Shown: piece after piece, positions 19,001-29,245 of the stretch
Numbering within the stretch: the stretch's first letter is position 1
Layout of the letters: each line of letters begins with the position of its first letter
NCBI GenBank assembly: GCA_045593265.1
Contig: JAZNWH010000131.1
Span: 9,422 to 73,421, forward strand
Direction of reading: 5' to 3'
Origin: Clostridia bacterium
GTDB lineage: Bacteria > Bacillota > Clostridia > RGIG6154
DNA: 64,000 nt
Notes under the pieces: model-generated
Told to the model about the DNA's origin: nothing
Seen by the model: the letters and a program-made list of their open reading frames with translations, nothing else
Database searches by the model: none
Position numbers and translations under genes: made by a program

Positions 19001-22000
19001 TAATGCTGAAATTAATGCGTATATCAAAACCGGTACAGGAGCAATTGCTAATCCTGAAAAATATGTTGCTCTTTATAATGGAACAACAAAAGTTGATGCA
19101 AATATAACCTGTGAAGAAGGAACAAACAAGATTACGATTGATCCAACCGAAAAGCTTGAAATTGGTAAATATACCGTTAAATTTGATGTACAGGGCATTT
19201 TAAACGCAGGATATACAATTGATGGTCCTTCTGAATTTGATGTTAATGTTATATCTTCAACAAACGTAAATGAAACTTTTGAAGACATAACAACCGCCGA
19301 CCTTTCTGATAACGGTTGGTATTTCAGAAACGATGGACTTACAAATGTTACAAGAAATGCTGAAATTGTAACAGAAGATGGTAATAAATTCCTTAGAATC
19401 AGCGTAGACGGTGATTTGGAATTACTTGAAGGTAAGCTTGTTGCTTATTCCAAAGACCTTACAAATGCAAAATTTGTGAGAGATATGGAAAATTCAACTG
19501 TTATGGAGCTTAAGTTAAGAACAAATCTTAATACTGTAAGAAAGTATTTCAAATACAACTATCCGACAACAGGAAACATAAGCACCAATGCATATAATGA
19601 GCATGGCTGGAATACAAGACTCGGAGCGGTTATGGATGCAGGCAACATTGCCATTACATACGGAGACTACAGCTATAATGAAAGTGGCAGAATGCAGGGT
19701 AAAACTGAAAATATTGCCTCATATGAAACAAATAAATGGTATACAGTTAAAACAGTTTTTGACAATGCACAAGGTAAGGCAACAAGCTACATCTACGATG
19801 AAGAAGGGGTTCTTGTAGGCAGTGCGGAAGATAAAGCACTTTCAGCATGGTGGTTTAATTACTACGATTATGACAAGACAACACCTTTGGTTATGCATAC
19901 AATAGAAGACCTTACATTCCAGTTCAGACCGGAATCACTAAATGTTACGGTAGTAAATGAACAGTTTGATGTTGACGATATTAAGCTTTACAATATGAAA
20001 GTTTGTGATGAAAGTGTAAATGCGGTATTTAAGTCAAATGATGAAGTTGTTGATGTAATTGGCCGTGAAGTAACATCAATCGTTCCTGAATTTACCATTC
20101 AGACAGAAAATGACCAGACAAAAGATTATTATATAATAGCTGCTGTATACGAAAAGGATAAGCTTTTAACAAGTCAGTTTGTACCTGTTACAATTAACGG
20201 CAACGATACAATTACATTAGATGCAATTACTGTTGACCCACAGAATACAGATATTGAAGTAAGAGCATATATATGGGACAAAAATTTTGCTCCTGTATTA
20301 TCGACACCTACAATTATTAAACCTTTAGTTTGTGAGGTTTACCTTGCAACTGACGGAAATGATTTAAACACGGGGGAAGCAACTTCCCCCGTTGCTACTC
20401 TCAACAGAGCAATTGAAATTGTAAACGATGCTCCTGATGAAGGGTATATTACATCTAAAATTATAGTTAAAGACGGTAATTATGAGCTTACGGGAGAAAC
20501 AATTGAAATCGGCTCAAATGTTAAAACAGACAGTTTAGTTATTCAGGCAGAGAATGAAGCAAAATTTGTTAACGGTGTTGTTTTTAATATAAGTGATGCA
20601 ATCGGGGCTCCTGAGACAATTAAAGCAAGACTTGTTAATCAGGATGTTAAAGATAATCTTTATATGATTGATTTGACAACAAAGGTAGACCTTGAAGATA
20701 TTCCCGGTGTAAGCCTTCCCGGACCTTATTCATATTCAGCAAATGGTCTTAATACTCCGAATGGGGAATTTGTAATTGATGAAAGCAGAATTGCTACCTG
20801 TGAAATGTTCTTTGATAATAAACCTATGACTTTAGCAAGATATCCTGATAGTGAATATGAGGTTTTAGAAGAAGGAAAGTTCAGTTATGATGCAAATTCC
20901 CGTACACGCTACTGGATGGATGATGTTATTGGAACTGATGACTATATTGCTTTGGATGACCGTGTTACCGATGGATTTACCCTTACTCTTGACAGAGCAA
21001 AAAACTGGGGAAATGCCGACCAGGCACTTATGTTTGGTTACTGGTATTATGACTGGGCAACACAGACGGTTCCTGTAGCATCAATCGACACAACAAATGG
21101 TGTTATAACTTCTAAATATCCAAGTCATTATGGTTTGTATAAAACTCAGAGATATTATGTATATAATCTTTTAGAAGAAATCACACAGCCCAACGAGTAT
21201 TTCATCGACAGAACAACAGGCATTTTGTATTTTTACAAATCACCTGATGCACAACCTGATGATGAAATTATAATGTCCCTTTACGAAAATAAAATTTTTG
21301 ATATAAGAGCATCAAATGTTACAATAGACGGTCTTACATTTACTGCATCGAGAGATGCTGCAATTTATTCAAAGGGCAATAATGTTGTAATTAAAAACTG
21401 TGAAATATCAAATACAGCAGGTGTTGCTGTAGAATTGGACGGAACGAACTCAGTTCTTGAATATTGTAATATTCACGATGTTAATGGTGGTATAAAATTA
21501 TATGGCGGAAATCTCAATACTCTTACTCCCGGAAACAATAAGGTTTTAAATAATACTATTACAAATTTCTCTCGTCTTAGCAAAACCTACACGGATGCCA
21601 TTGAGGTTACAGGTGTAGGTAATAAAGCATCCCACAACAAGATTTCAGATGGTGAACATCTGGCAATGAGATTTTCGGGTGTTGATAACGAAATAAGCTA
21701 CAACGAAATTTTCAATGTATTAAAGGAAACAGATGAGGCAGGTGCAATTTACGCAGGACGTTCATGGACTTCAAGAGACAATGTTGTTAAATATAACTAT
21801 TTCCATGATCTTATTTCAACTGAAGAAACCACAATGCCTATTTGTGGAATTATGCTCGATGACCATTTCTCAGGTGTTGAAATTTTCGGTAACATATTCT
21901 CAAATGTTGCAGGTTATGGTATAAAGGGTACAGGAAGAGATTTGGTAATATCAAATAATATTTTCGAAAAATGCACCAGTGGAGCAGTTCGTTTAACAGA

Positions 22001-22370
22001 TGCTTCAGGTAATGCAAGCTCTTATTCAACCCATATTAAAAATATTGCAAAATACTATGGAAACGATGTTTGGTTTGAACGATTTGGAACAGAGCTTTTC
22101 ACGGAAGACGGAACAAGCTATAATCCTGATCTTGTAAATTCGGCAAATGTTGTTTATACAAACAATTTTGCAACCGATGTAGCTTCGGGTGCAGATTTCG
22201 GACCTGTAACAGAAGCAAGCGGAGCTAAAGAACCAAATAAAACCTTTGCAGTTACTAATCCGTTAAACGGAAATTACGAAAATAATGGTGCTGTTATTAC
22301 TCCATATCTTGAAGGATTTATTAATATTCCTTTTGAACAGATTGGCATAAACGGAACAGCAGGCAGATAA
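16041..22370 (+). CDS. 2109-aa secreted protein: tandem lectin/LamG-like + Ig-like repeats, RAYIW domain, C-terminal parallel beta-helix (module gene B)
   Basis: Signal peptide; three ~350-aa repeats plus a diverged fourth; VYLATDGNDLNTGEATSPVATL; DEAGAIY, GIMLDD. Confidence 0.75.
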   Translation: MKNIKKIIGIILTICMVLQILPVFANETQTSEAEFNYIINDNFSAESFDGWSLVKDTGYSSLADDLVSLIPVEGEEGNYALNYTSVDSKTARYTHITRTFGESVAISGDNDIVIETRMKTTGTNRAFLKYNLVTYPKFENEWNYNWGTLVGTDGSDVFVLNGWKANETTLLYGYPTEVKTSVSDFADKWHNYKIVIKGGEVDTSTHTAVGNTMDIIVTDDDGTIVKESYGLSMDFPNASSWENVNDKGNANITDYNWVEDALNTLDFRLRDAETLTVDYVRVYQQFDADMSVDEFILNNEDVVINIDIVKGDALFENSFALYDAYGDIVDTLNSIDETNKVVTLSPIDSLTVGEKYTVKLNKSVVPGNYNFVEDEVSFIASDVKYILYDEFGQDDLNGWELVKDSGKTTSSTTVLTSQEIPEEAGNYALEYISAATPEANWRYNHITRKLSSSVPFASDKELVIETRMKSTGTGRVYLKYNLETYPSIVNEWNYWWGALVGSDTDRFYIPNGWEPKNDVYLSNPVNTAWDEDEVLTGTGNKWYTYKFVIHGGEINNETHTATGNTMDVTITDNDGAVVTALKNMSMDFPDNSTWSHSGSVNAENVNWVEDALNSLDFRLRAQETLTVDYIKVYEQISADMSVDAFITPNEEIKVTVDIENGNSVLKDAFILYDENDNVIETSNTIDSTNKIVTIVPDDNLTMGKEYTVKLDTTKVPSNYVFATTEKTFKVSDIKYIMYDEFANNDFDGWEAKVFSSKSSSNTLSTEPYEENSDNYVLKYSSADATNSYYGYLSKSINPVTFPTEKDLVIETKVKDTKGSAGKGRFFIKYNLDGTAYSANEWQHSWGEFICVDEGLVYVNNGWKVLASGLNGTNLKSTGLSVAGDWHTYKIVIHGGETKDEAKADYIIYNSNGVEVARHEGITLDFPDNSDWPNVGTDTGSTGANWVEGVLNSVDFRLRNANELYIDYVKVYEKKDASVLVDCKDILGNAEINAYIKTGTGAIANPEKYVALYNGTTKVDANITCEEGTNKITIDPTEKLEIGKYTVKFDVQGILNAGYTIDGPSEFDVNVISSTNVNETFEDITTADLSDNGWYFRNDGLTNVTRNAEIVTEDGNKFLRISVDGDLELLEGKLVAYSKDLTNAKFVRDMENSTVMELKLRTNLNTVRKYFKYNYPTTGNISTNAYNEHGWNTRLGAVMDAGNIAITYGDYSYNESGRMQGKTENIASYETNKWYTVKTVFDNAQGKATSYIYDEEGVLVGSAEDKALSAWWFNYYDYDKTTPLVMHTIEDLTFQFRPESLNVTVVNEQFDVDDIKLYNMKVCDESVNAVFKSNDEVVDVIGREVTSIVPEFTIQTENDQTKDYYIIAAVYEKDKLLTSQFVPVTINGNDTITLDAITVDPQNTDIEVRAYIWDKNFAPVLSTPTIIKPLVCEVYLATDGNDLNTGEATSPVATLNRAIEIVNDAPDEGYITSKIIVKDGNYELTGETIEIGSNVKTDSLVIQAENEAKFVNGVVFNISDAIGAPETIKARLVNQDVKDNLYMIDLTTKVDLEDIPGVSLPGPYSYSANGLNTPNGEFVIDESRIATCEMFFDNKPMTLARYPDSEYEVLEEGKFSYDANSRTRYWMDDVIGTDDYIALDDRVTDGFTLTLDRAKNWGNADQALMFGYWYYDWATQTVPVASIDTTNGVITSKYPSHYGLYKTQRYYVYNLLEEITQPNEYFIDRTTGILYFYKSPDAQPDDEIIMSLYENKIFDIRASNVTIDGLTFTASRDAAIYSKGNNVVIKNCEISNTAGVAVELDGTNSVLEYCNIHDVNGGIKLYGGNLNTLTPGNNKVLNNTITNFSRLSKTYTDAIEVTGVGNKASHNKISDGEHLAMRFSGVDNEISYNEIFNVLKETDEAGAIYAGRSWTSRDNVVKYNYFHDLISTEETTMPICGIMLDDHFSGVEIFGNIFSNVAGYGIKGTGRDLVISNNIFEKCTSGAVRLTDASGNASSYSTHIKNIAKYYGNDVWFERFGTELFTEDGTSYNPDLVNSANVVYTNNFATDVASGADFGPVTEASGAKEPNKTFAVTNPLNGNYENNGAVITPYLEGFINIPFEQIGINGTAGR
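16149..19262 (+). repeat. Three intragenic ~1.05-kb domain repeats
   Basis: Units begin near 16149, 17193 and 18243; shared VIETRMK.TG..R..LKYNL, NEW, NGW, DFP, NWVEDALN.LDFRLR and VDY.KVY. Confidence 0.85.
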
Positions 22371-22407
22371 TACAACATTTATATACTAAACTTCAAGGAG
22401 GGTTAAT

Positions 22408-25400
22408 ATGGATTTAAAGAAATTGACAGCAGTGCTTTGTACAATAACCTTAATATTTTCGTTGATTTCAATCCCTGCTTTTGTTGGTGAAGCTGCAGAG
22501 GCTAAATATATGATTATCAACGATAATTTCGGTGAAAATGATTTGTGCGGTTGGGAAAGAAACGCTCTTTCAACCTGCAGAAATTTTGCAACAATTTCAA
22601 CGGAAGAAATAGGCGGCGGAAATTATGCTTTGACATACGAGAGTGTTCAGTCATCAGCACTTCCGACGAAATCTGACTGGTATGGAGAATATTTACAAAA
22701 AGAATTATCAGATGGTGGTCTTGAATTTACCGAAGGTATTAACACAGTTATTAAAACGAGAATTAAAACAAAGGGAACAGGCAGAGCGTTTTTGAAAATT
22801 AATGCACCTTTAATGAATAGCACGGATCCCTGGAATTTCAATTGGGGCTCCTTGTTCTCAAATGAGGAAGGCAGTTTTTATGCAATAAACGGGTGGCCGG
22901 GTAACACATATCCTACTACGACTGCAGGGATAAGCGGACTTTCTGACAAATGGTGTGTAGTAATGGTTACAATACACGGAAATACCAAAACTGCGACTTT
23001 TGAAATCACTCCCGAAGGTGGAGAAACAACTACTTATTCAAATCTTAATATTGATTACCCTGATGTTGCAAATATGGAAGAAGATTTTCTTAAAAAGCTT
23101 GTTTTCAGATTAAGAGCTGCAGAAAAGCTTTATGTTGACTATATTCAGGTATGGCAGGAGGGAATAAAAGTAACAGAAGCTACTGCTGTTGCAGGACTTG
23201 ATAATGTTGATGTAAGTCTTACGAGCAATGCAAAGCTTAAGGATTTGGTTAAGGATTATATTGATTTGTACAATTCCGACGGTTCAACCAAAATTGAAAC
23301 TGTTAAAAGCTTTGATGCTGATACGAATGTTCTAAAGCTTGTTTGTGAATCTGGGTTAGTAACAGGTGAAACATATAAGGTAAAGATTGATACAGATGCA
23401 TTATTTACAGATTTACTTTATAAATGGGAAGCAGACAGTGAATTAACTGTTCAGGCACCTGAAGCTGCAGTGTTTAATCTTGGAATAGAAGGTGAACTTG
23501 TACCTAATACAAATCTTGAAGCAGTTTACGATTTAGTTCCAAACGGAGCTTTAGAAGATATATCTGAATTTATCTGGTACACAGTTAATGAAAATGGTGA
23601 AAAGACGGAAATCAGCGGTCAGACAGGAAAGTATTTTCCTGTAACGACGGATTATGTAGATTCTACCATTACATATTCAATGGTGCCAAAATGCATAGCA
23701 GATGGCGAAACAAAAACAGGCGTTCTTATGGATTGTCAAAAAAATGTTAAGCCTTTATCAGCTCCTGTTATAACAAATCCCAAATTTGCACCCGAAAATC
23801 CTATTGTGGGATATTCACTTTCAGCTTCTTACGATTATTTTGATGCTGATGGAGATGGTGAAGATGGTAGTCTCATAACCTGGTATAAATCAGATGCATT
23901 TGACGGAAGTTTTGAGGAATTTGCTACAGGAAAGACAATTGAGGTTACAGAAAAAGGAATGTATTATCAATACACAGTTATTCCAAAAAACGGCGCTTTA
24001 TTCCGTGAGGAAGGCGAAATGGTAACAAGCCCTGTTTCTGCTCGTTCAAACGATATTATTGAGGCGACAAATTTATTTGTTAACGGTGATGCAGAGGACG
24101 GAATAATTGCACCTTGGGATTTAACCAAAAAAACTGATGATTATAACGGTCTTTCTCTTGTGGAAGACAGCAATGGAATATACGACGGGAATTATGCATT
24201 CCGTATGCATCCGAGAGTAGTGAATGGTAACACTTTTTGGCAGGAAGTAACACTTGGTGCAGGAAAAACTTACATAGTTTCTGCCATGATAAAGTCAACC
24301 TCTGTTGATACCTGGAACAAACTTGAGGGATATGTAATGAGCAGTAATAGTACTAATTACACAAAACCTTACCGTATGGCTGAAAGAACAGATGTGTCCG
24401 ATGAATGGACAAGAGTATCTCTTACTCTTAATTCATCTGTTGAAGAAAAGTATAAGATTGGTTGGCTTTCATTTGAAGATGCTTATGGTGCTGATGCGTA
24501 TATAGATGATATGTATGTCGGAGAGCTTATGATTTCCGATATTTTAACAAATAAAATAAAGCAGGTAACTATTCCAAAGCAGGGTAAAGATCCAATCAAG
24601 GTTTCTGTTCTTACTACAGAAAATGGGAAAATTTTAAACCAATTTGGTGAAACCGATGGTCTTATCGACCAAAAAGCAACAGTGTCAGTACCTGCTGATA
24701 TTAAAGGTGTAACAGTTAAGGATAATGTACTTTATGTGGATTCAAATGCTGTTACAGGCAAAGTAAATGTAATGGTAAAATGTGTACCTGACTATAATCT
24801 TCCGGGTGAAGAAGGTAACATTATTGCAGTTACACCTGCACAGAGCGAATTTGTAAAGACTATTGAAATTGAACTTGTTGCTCACGATGATAAAACACCA
24901 TATGCACAGAATGTTGACGCTAACGGTACTGTTGCACTTGGAAACACTCTTACAGGTTATTATGATTTTTATCAGGTAGACAACGAAACTGATGCATCTA
25001 CTGTAAGATGGTTATATTCAGACAGTGCTGACGGTACATACTATGAAATTCCCGGAGCAACAGGAATGACTTATACTGTTACAAGCGATTATGCAGATAA
25101 GTTTATTAAATTTGCAGTAACACCAAAAACACAAACAGGTCTTATGGGAACGGAAGTAATGTCAGATGTTCTTGTTAAACCGACAGCACCTGTTGCGAAG
25201 GAAATTTCAGTAAGCGGTGATTTTAAGGTTGGAGGAACTGTTACAGGTACATATAAATTTGAAGATTATAATCGTGATAATGAAAATGAAGCCTTAACAA
25301 CATTTAAGTGGTATGTTGCCGATTCAGAATACGGTCAATATAATGAAATTCCGGGACAAACAGGAACATCTTTAATTCTGGGAGAAGAATTAATTGATAA

Positions 25401-26481
25401 ATACATAAAGTTTTCTGTAACACCTGTGGCTGATGCTGAGCCTTACAAAGGCACAGAAACATTCAGTAATTCTGTTATGGGACCTGTAGCACCTGTCGCA
25501 ACTAATGTTTCAATTACAGCAAATGGTGCCAGATTATCAGGTAATTATAAGTATTATCATAAATATAATGCAAGAGAAAAAGAGTCTCTTTATAAGTGGA
25601 CAGTTGATGGAACAGTGGTTTCTACAACGACAAATTATACTGTGAATTTTACGGGAACAAAGGTTGTAACATTTACAGTAACGCCTGTTGGCGATACAAA
25701 TCCATCGACAGGTAATCCTGTAAGTGTTTCTGTGGTTATAACAGGAACAAGTGATAGTGTAGGTGGCGGCAGTTCCACAGGCGGCGGAAGCTATGTCGGC
25801 GGCGGTGGTGCCTCTGGCGGAGGAACATCTTCCGGTTCATCACCATCAGGCGGAGAAGTTGTTTCAGGTATTGTAAGCATCAATAAAATGGAATATGAGC
25901 AGGAACTGCCCAAAGATGAAAACAAAGAAAACCAAAGCCAAACGAGTGATATTAACGGACATTGGGGAGAAGAATACATAAAAACAATGGAATCTCGCGG
26001 AGTAATGTCCAAAGATGAAAGCGGTAAATACAATCCTGATGAGCTTGTTACAAGAGAATCTATGCTCACATATCTTTTCAAGACCTTAAAGCTTGAATCA
26101 ACTGATTATTCGGGAATGTTTGAAGATGTTAACGATGGTGAATTTGCTGGTATGCTTCAAACTATGGTGGATAATGGTACTATTTCAGTTGATACAACCT
26201 TTAGACCCAATGACAGCATTTCCCGTGAAGAAATGTGTAAAATACTTTACATTTCGTTACAAAATGCAGGTAAACTCGGCAATGTTGAAGAAGGAAAAAT
26301 AAATTCACTTGCAGATTTCGGAGAAATTTCCGATTGGGCAGTAAAATATGTAAATGCAATGTATGGTACAAAAATGATGATTGGTGTATCGGAAGAACGT
26401 TTTGCACCAAAGGAAAATTTAACAAAGGCACAGGCTGCTACATTGCTTACAAGGATAATATCGTTAGTAGAGGGGGAGTAA
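22408..26481 (+). CDS. SLH-anchored surface protein: lectin-like domain, Ig-like repeats, CBM4/9-like domain, Gly/Ser linker, three SLH motifs (module gene C)
   Basis: Signal peptide; RAFLKIN..WNFNWGSL..FRLR domain shared with gene B; YDYFDADGD-type Ig repeats; NLFVNGDAEDG; SDINGHWG, RPNDSISREE, FAPKENLTKAQAA. Confidence 0.8.
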   Translation: MDLKKLTAVLCTITLIFSLISIPAFVGEAAEAKYMIINDNFGENDLCGWERNALSTCRNFATISTEEIGGGNYALTYESVQSSALPTKSDWYGEYLQKELSDGGLEFTEGINTVIKTRIKTKGTGRAFLKINAPLMNSTDPWNFNWGSLFSNEEGSFYAINGWPGNTYPTTTAGISGLSDKWCVVMVTIHGNTKTATFEITPEGGETTTYSNLNIDYPDVANMEEDFLKKLVFRLRAAEKLYVDYIQVWQEGIKVTEATAVAGLDNVDVSLTSNAKLKDLVKDYIDLYNSDGSTKIETVKSFDADTNVLKLVCESGLVTGETYKVKIDTDALFTDLLYKWEADSELTVQAPEAAVFNLGIEGELVPNTNLEAVYDLVPNGALEDISEFIWYTVNENGEKTEISGQTGKYFPVTTDYVDSTITYSMVPKCIADGETKTGVLMDCQKNVKPLSAPVITNPKFAPENPIVGYSLSASYDYFDADGDGEDGSLITWYKSDAFDGSFEEFATGKTIEVTEKGMYYQYTVIPKNGALFREEGEMVTSPVSARSNDIIEATNLFVNGDAEDGIIAPWDLTKKTDDYNGLSLVEDSNGIYDGNYAFRMHPRVVNGNTFWQEVTLGAGKTYIVSAMIKSTSVDTWNKLEGYVMSSNSTNYTKPYRMAERTDVSDEWTRVSLTLNSSVEEKYKIGWLSFEDAYGADAYIDDMYVGELMISDILTNKIKQVTIPKQGKDPIKVSVLTTENGKILNQFGETDGLIDQKATVSVPADIKGVTVKDNVLYVDSNAVTGKVNVMVKCVPDYNLPGEEGNIIAVTPAQSEFVKTIEIELVAHDDKTPYAQNVDANGTVALGNTLTGYYDFYQVDNETDASTVRWLYSDSADGTYYEIPGATGMTYTVTSDYADKFIKFAVTPKTQTGLMGTEVMSDVLVKPTAPVAKEISVSGDFKVGGTVTGTYKFEDYNRDNENEALTTFKWYVADSEYGQYNEIPGQTGTSLILGEELIDKYIKFSVTPVADAEPYKGTETFSNSVMGPVAPVATNVSITANGARLSGNYKYYHKYNAREKESLYKWTVDGTVVSTTTNYTVNFTGTKVVTFTVTPVGDTNPSTGNPVSVSVVITGTSDSVGGGSSTGGGSYVGGGGASGGGTSSGSSPSGGEVVSGIVSINKMEYEQELPKDENKENQSQTSDINGHWGEEYIKTMESRGVMSKDESGKYNPDELVTRESMLTYLFKTLKLESTDYSGMFEDVNDGEFAGMLQTMVDNGTISVDTTFRPNDSISREEMCKILYISLQNAGKLGNVEEGKINSLADFGEISDWAVKYVNAMYGTKMMIGVSEERFAPKENLTKAQAATLLTRIISLVEGE

Positions 26482-26484
26482 CAG

Positions 26485-29178
26485 ATGAAAAACTTTAAAA
26501 AACTTTTAAGTATAATACTTGCGTTGCTTACGGTCGTATCTGCTGTTCCTGTTTCTGCGGTGTACGATATGGCTACAGAGGAATTTATTGATGATATTTT
26601 CAGATTTGATGTAGGAGAATTTGTTCAGGATATCGAAAGTGTTACAGATGATCCCGATGTTAAAAGAATGGAATTTTTAACTACATTAGGCATATGGGAT
26701 GATGCGACAAAGTCAAAATCAGCTCTTATTACTATGAGTGAATATGCAACTATTATGTCAAGATTAAGACTTGGCGGACAGAATGCATTTGTTGGTGTTT
26801 ATGAAAAGAATAATGATACATCAAATGTAACCTACGGTGTTGTTCTTGAGGGATTGCTGCAGACACTTGGTTATCACTATCAGTGTAAGCAATATGGCGA
26901 TGATGAAAAGTCTTTACTTATTGTTGCCACAGAAATAGGTCTTATTTCAGGAGATGTGCAGAATATAAATTCTTTTGTAAACCGTAATACTTTTGCTAAA
27001 ATGATTGAAAGGGCATTAAGCATTGATTTGTGTGTGGCTGAATATACCGATTACGGTATCAGTTATGTTGTCTCTGACGGTAAAACAATTCTCAGCACAG
27101 TACATAATATTCATGAATTAAGTGGTTTTGTTAACGCAATTTATGGTCTTAATGTATATGGCGGTGCAGGTCTGCGAAAAGGTTATTTTGAAATCGACAG
27201 AACAGAGATTAATGCACAGGGACTTGATATAACACAATATTTGGGTACACGCGTTAAAGCTTATGCAAAAACAGATGAAATTTCTAAAGAATATAAGCTC
27301 ATATATATTGCACCTGATTCCGATAATGAAGCTTTGACAATTGATTTTAAAAACATTACTGATATTACAGGAAACACAATCGCTTATATTAATGAAGATG
27401 GTACGGAAGATGAAATAAGAGTTGACAATTACAACTATATTATTGAAAACGGAAAAGATATCGGAAGTCTCTCTCAGATGTGTGATTTCAGCGAAAACGA
27501 AGGAAAAATTGTTTTCGTAGCATCAGAAAAAGGCGGTAGCTTTGATACTGCGGTTATTTACAGATACGAATATTTTGTAACTGATTATATTGACACATAT
27601 GAAAAACGAATCGGACTCAAGTTTGGTATGAAGCACCAAAATGATACATATATACCTGTCAACGAAATGGGTATTAACCGTATAATTATTGAAGGTGAAG
27701 AAACTGATTATACAAGCATCAAATCTAATCAGGCAATACGTGTTTTTTCTTGTGAAGATACAAATTATCTTGAAATTATAGTGTCGGAAGATAAAATTGT
27801 AGAGGGCATTATATCAGGTATGTACGAGGATATACTTGAGGTTAATAATCAGAAATACAGAATTTCAAAGAACCTTTCTAAGCGCATATCAGATTCCGAA
27901 ACTTCAGGTGAGGAAGAATATACTAAAATTAAGATGCCTGAATTTGGTGTTAATGTAAGACTTTTCGTATATGGGGATGTTATTACGGGATATACAGCTA
28001 ATGACGGTTATATGCATGCGTACCTTAAAGGCATTAAAAAAGCCAGAACAAGTCTTGACCCTGAGCTGACTTTAAGACTTTACACACAGAATGGGGAATG
28101 GCTTGATGCACCATTTGCTGATAAAGTAACTATTGATACTGTTTCGGGATATTCAAAATCTGACATTTCCCAGTGGCTCAACGAGCAGTATGATGAAAGT
28201 AATACTAATACAGATATTATTATTGACGAGCTTGTAAGAGTCAAGTTAAACGGTGAAAACAAAATTTTTGCTCTTGATACCGTAATCGAAACAGGAATAG
28301 AAACGGACACCTATGATGATATAAGTCATGCTTCTGATTACGAAGGTGGAAGAGTTACTGCAAGACCGGGCTTCCATAGATGGGAAATCGGACAGGAGAG
28401 ATATAAATTTGATAAAACCGCTCCCGTGTTTGTTGTACCTGAAGACAGAAGCAAGGAAGATAAATACAGAGCAGTTAATCCTACTGCCCTGAGTAATGCT
28501 GTAAGCTATGATATGATATGTTACAGTCCTAATGAATTTCTGCATTTAGGTGCAGTTATAGTTATCGGTGATCTCGAAGGTACTTCTGCAAGCAAGGGTG
28601 AACCGGGAATTATGTATGTAGAAAACATTAGAAATATAGTGATTGATGCAGAAAATTTTGAGTATGGATACAGAGTTATTGGTACAAATTTTGTTGCAAG
28701 TTCCAATCCTGGTGTAGGAGCTTGTAAGGAGGTTTCCTATACCATAACAAAGGAACGCTATGATAAAGCAGTAGCTGAGGGTAATGGTTTTGTTGTCGGC
28801 GATGTTATCAAACTTGACAATGTTTCAAAAAACGAAATTATCAGTTGGTCGTTCTTTGCTGAAATTGAAAGAAGCAGTTCAAAAATTACAGGTACTACCT
28901 GGAATGTTTATGATTACGGAACTCTTAATGGCGTTGAAAATTGTAAGGTTTATTTAGGAAAAGTCGAAAGAGTTGATGTAGACAATGTGTTATTGCTTAT
29001 TGATTGCGGTGCAGGAGGAAAAATAGTAGTAAAACCAAGAGCTAAAGCTATAATTGATGGAAATACAAAAAAAGCAACAAATATAGAAATCGGAGATTTT
29101 CACGAAAATGATATAGTATTTGCATTTGGTGTTGGTGCTCATGTAAATGTTGTGTTTAAGACAGTAAATATTGAATAA
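26485..29178 (+). CDS. Secreted S-layer-like protein (module gene D)
   Basis: Signal peptide; degenerate SLH-like N-terminus; beta-rich body; paralog at the window start. Confidence 0.6.
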   Translation: MKNFKKLLSIILALLTVVSAVPVSAVYDMATEEFIDDIFRFDVGEFVQDIESVTDDPDVKRMEFLTTLGIWDDATKSKSALITMSEYATIMSRLRLGGQNAFVGVYEKNNDTSNVTYGVVLEGLLQTLGYHYQCKQYGDDEKSLLIVATEIGLISGDVQNINSFVNRNTFAKMIERALSIDLCVAEYTDYGISYVVSDGKTILSTVHNIHELSGFVNAIYGLNVYGGAGLRKGYFEIDRTEINAQGLDITQYLGTRVKAYAKTDEISKEYKLIYIAPDSDNEALTIDFKNITDITGNTIAYINEDGTEDEIRVDNYNYIIENGKDIGSLSQMCDFSENEGKIVFVASEKGGSFDTAVIYRYEYFVTDYIDTYEKRIGLKFGMKHQNDTYIPVNEMGINRIIIEGEETDYTSIKSNQAIRVFSCEDTNYLEIIVSEDKIVEGIISGMYEDILEVNNQKYRISKNLSKRISDSETSGEEEYTKIKMPEFGVNVRLFVYGDVITGYTANDGYMHAYLKGIKKARTSLDPELTLRLYTQNGEWLDAPFADKVTIDTVSGYSKSDISQWLNEQYDESNTNTDIIIDELVRVKLNGENKIFALDTVIETGIETDTYDDISHASDYEGGRVTARPGFHRWEIGQERYKFDKTAPVFVVPEDRSKEDKYRAVNPTALSNAVSYDMICYSPNEFLHLGAVIVIGDLEGTSASKGEPGIMYVENIRNIVIDAENFEYGYRVIGTNFVASSNPGVGACKEVSYTITKERYDKAVAEGNGFVVGDVIKLDNVSKNEIISWSFFAEIERSSSKITGTTWNVYDYGTLNGVENCKVYLGKVERVDVDNVLLLIDCGAGGKIVVKPRAKAIIDGNTKKATNIEIGDFHENDIVFAFGVGAHVNVVFKTVNIE

Positions 29179-29182
29179 AAAA

Positions 29183-29207
29183 AGGCTTCGGCAAAATGCC
29201 GAAGCCT
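29183..29207. terminator. Perfect 11-bp hairpin after module gene D
   Basis: AGGCTTCGGCA-AAA-TGCCGAAGCCT preceded by an A tract (U tract only on the minus strand). Confidence 0.6.
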
Positions 29208-29245
29208 GAGTGCTGAATGAATAATCATAAAAAATGGAGTTAGAC

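Noticed and set aside
25745-25860. Simple-sequence or phase-variation tract
   Set aside because: It encodes an ordinary Gly/Ser linker before the SLH domains, with mixed codons.
11972-29178. Cellulosome
   Set aside because: No duplicated Ca-binding dockerin motifs or cohesin repeats were recognised.
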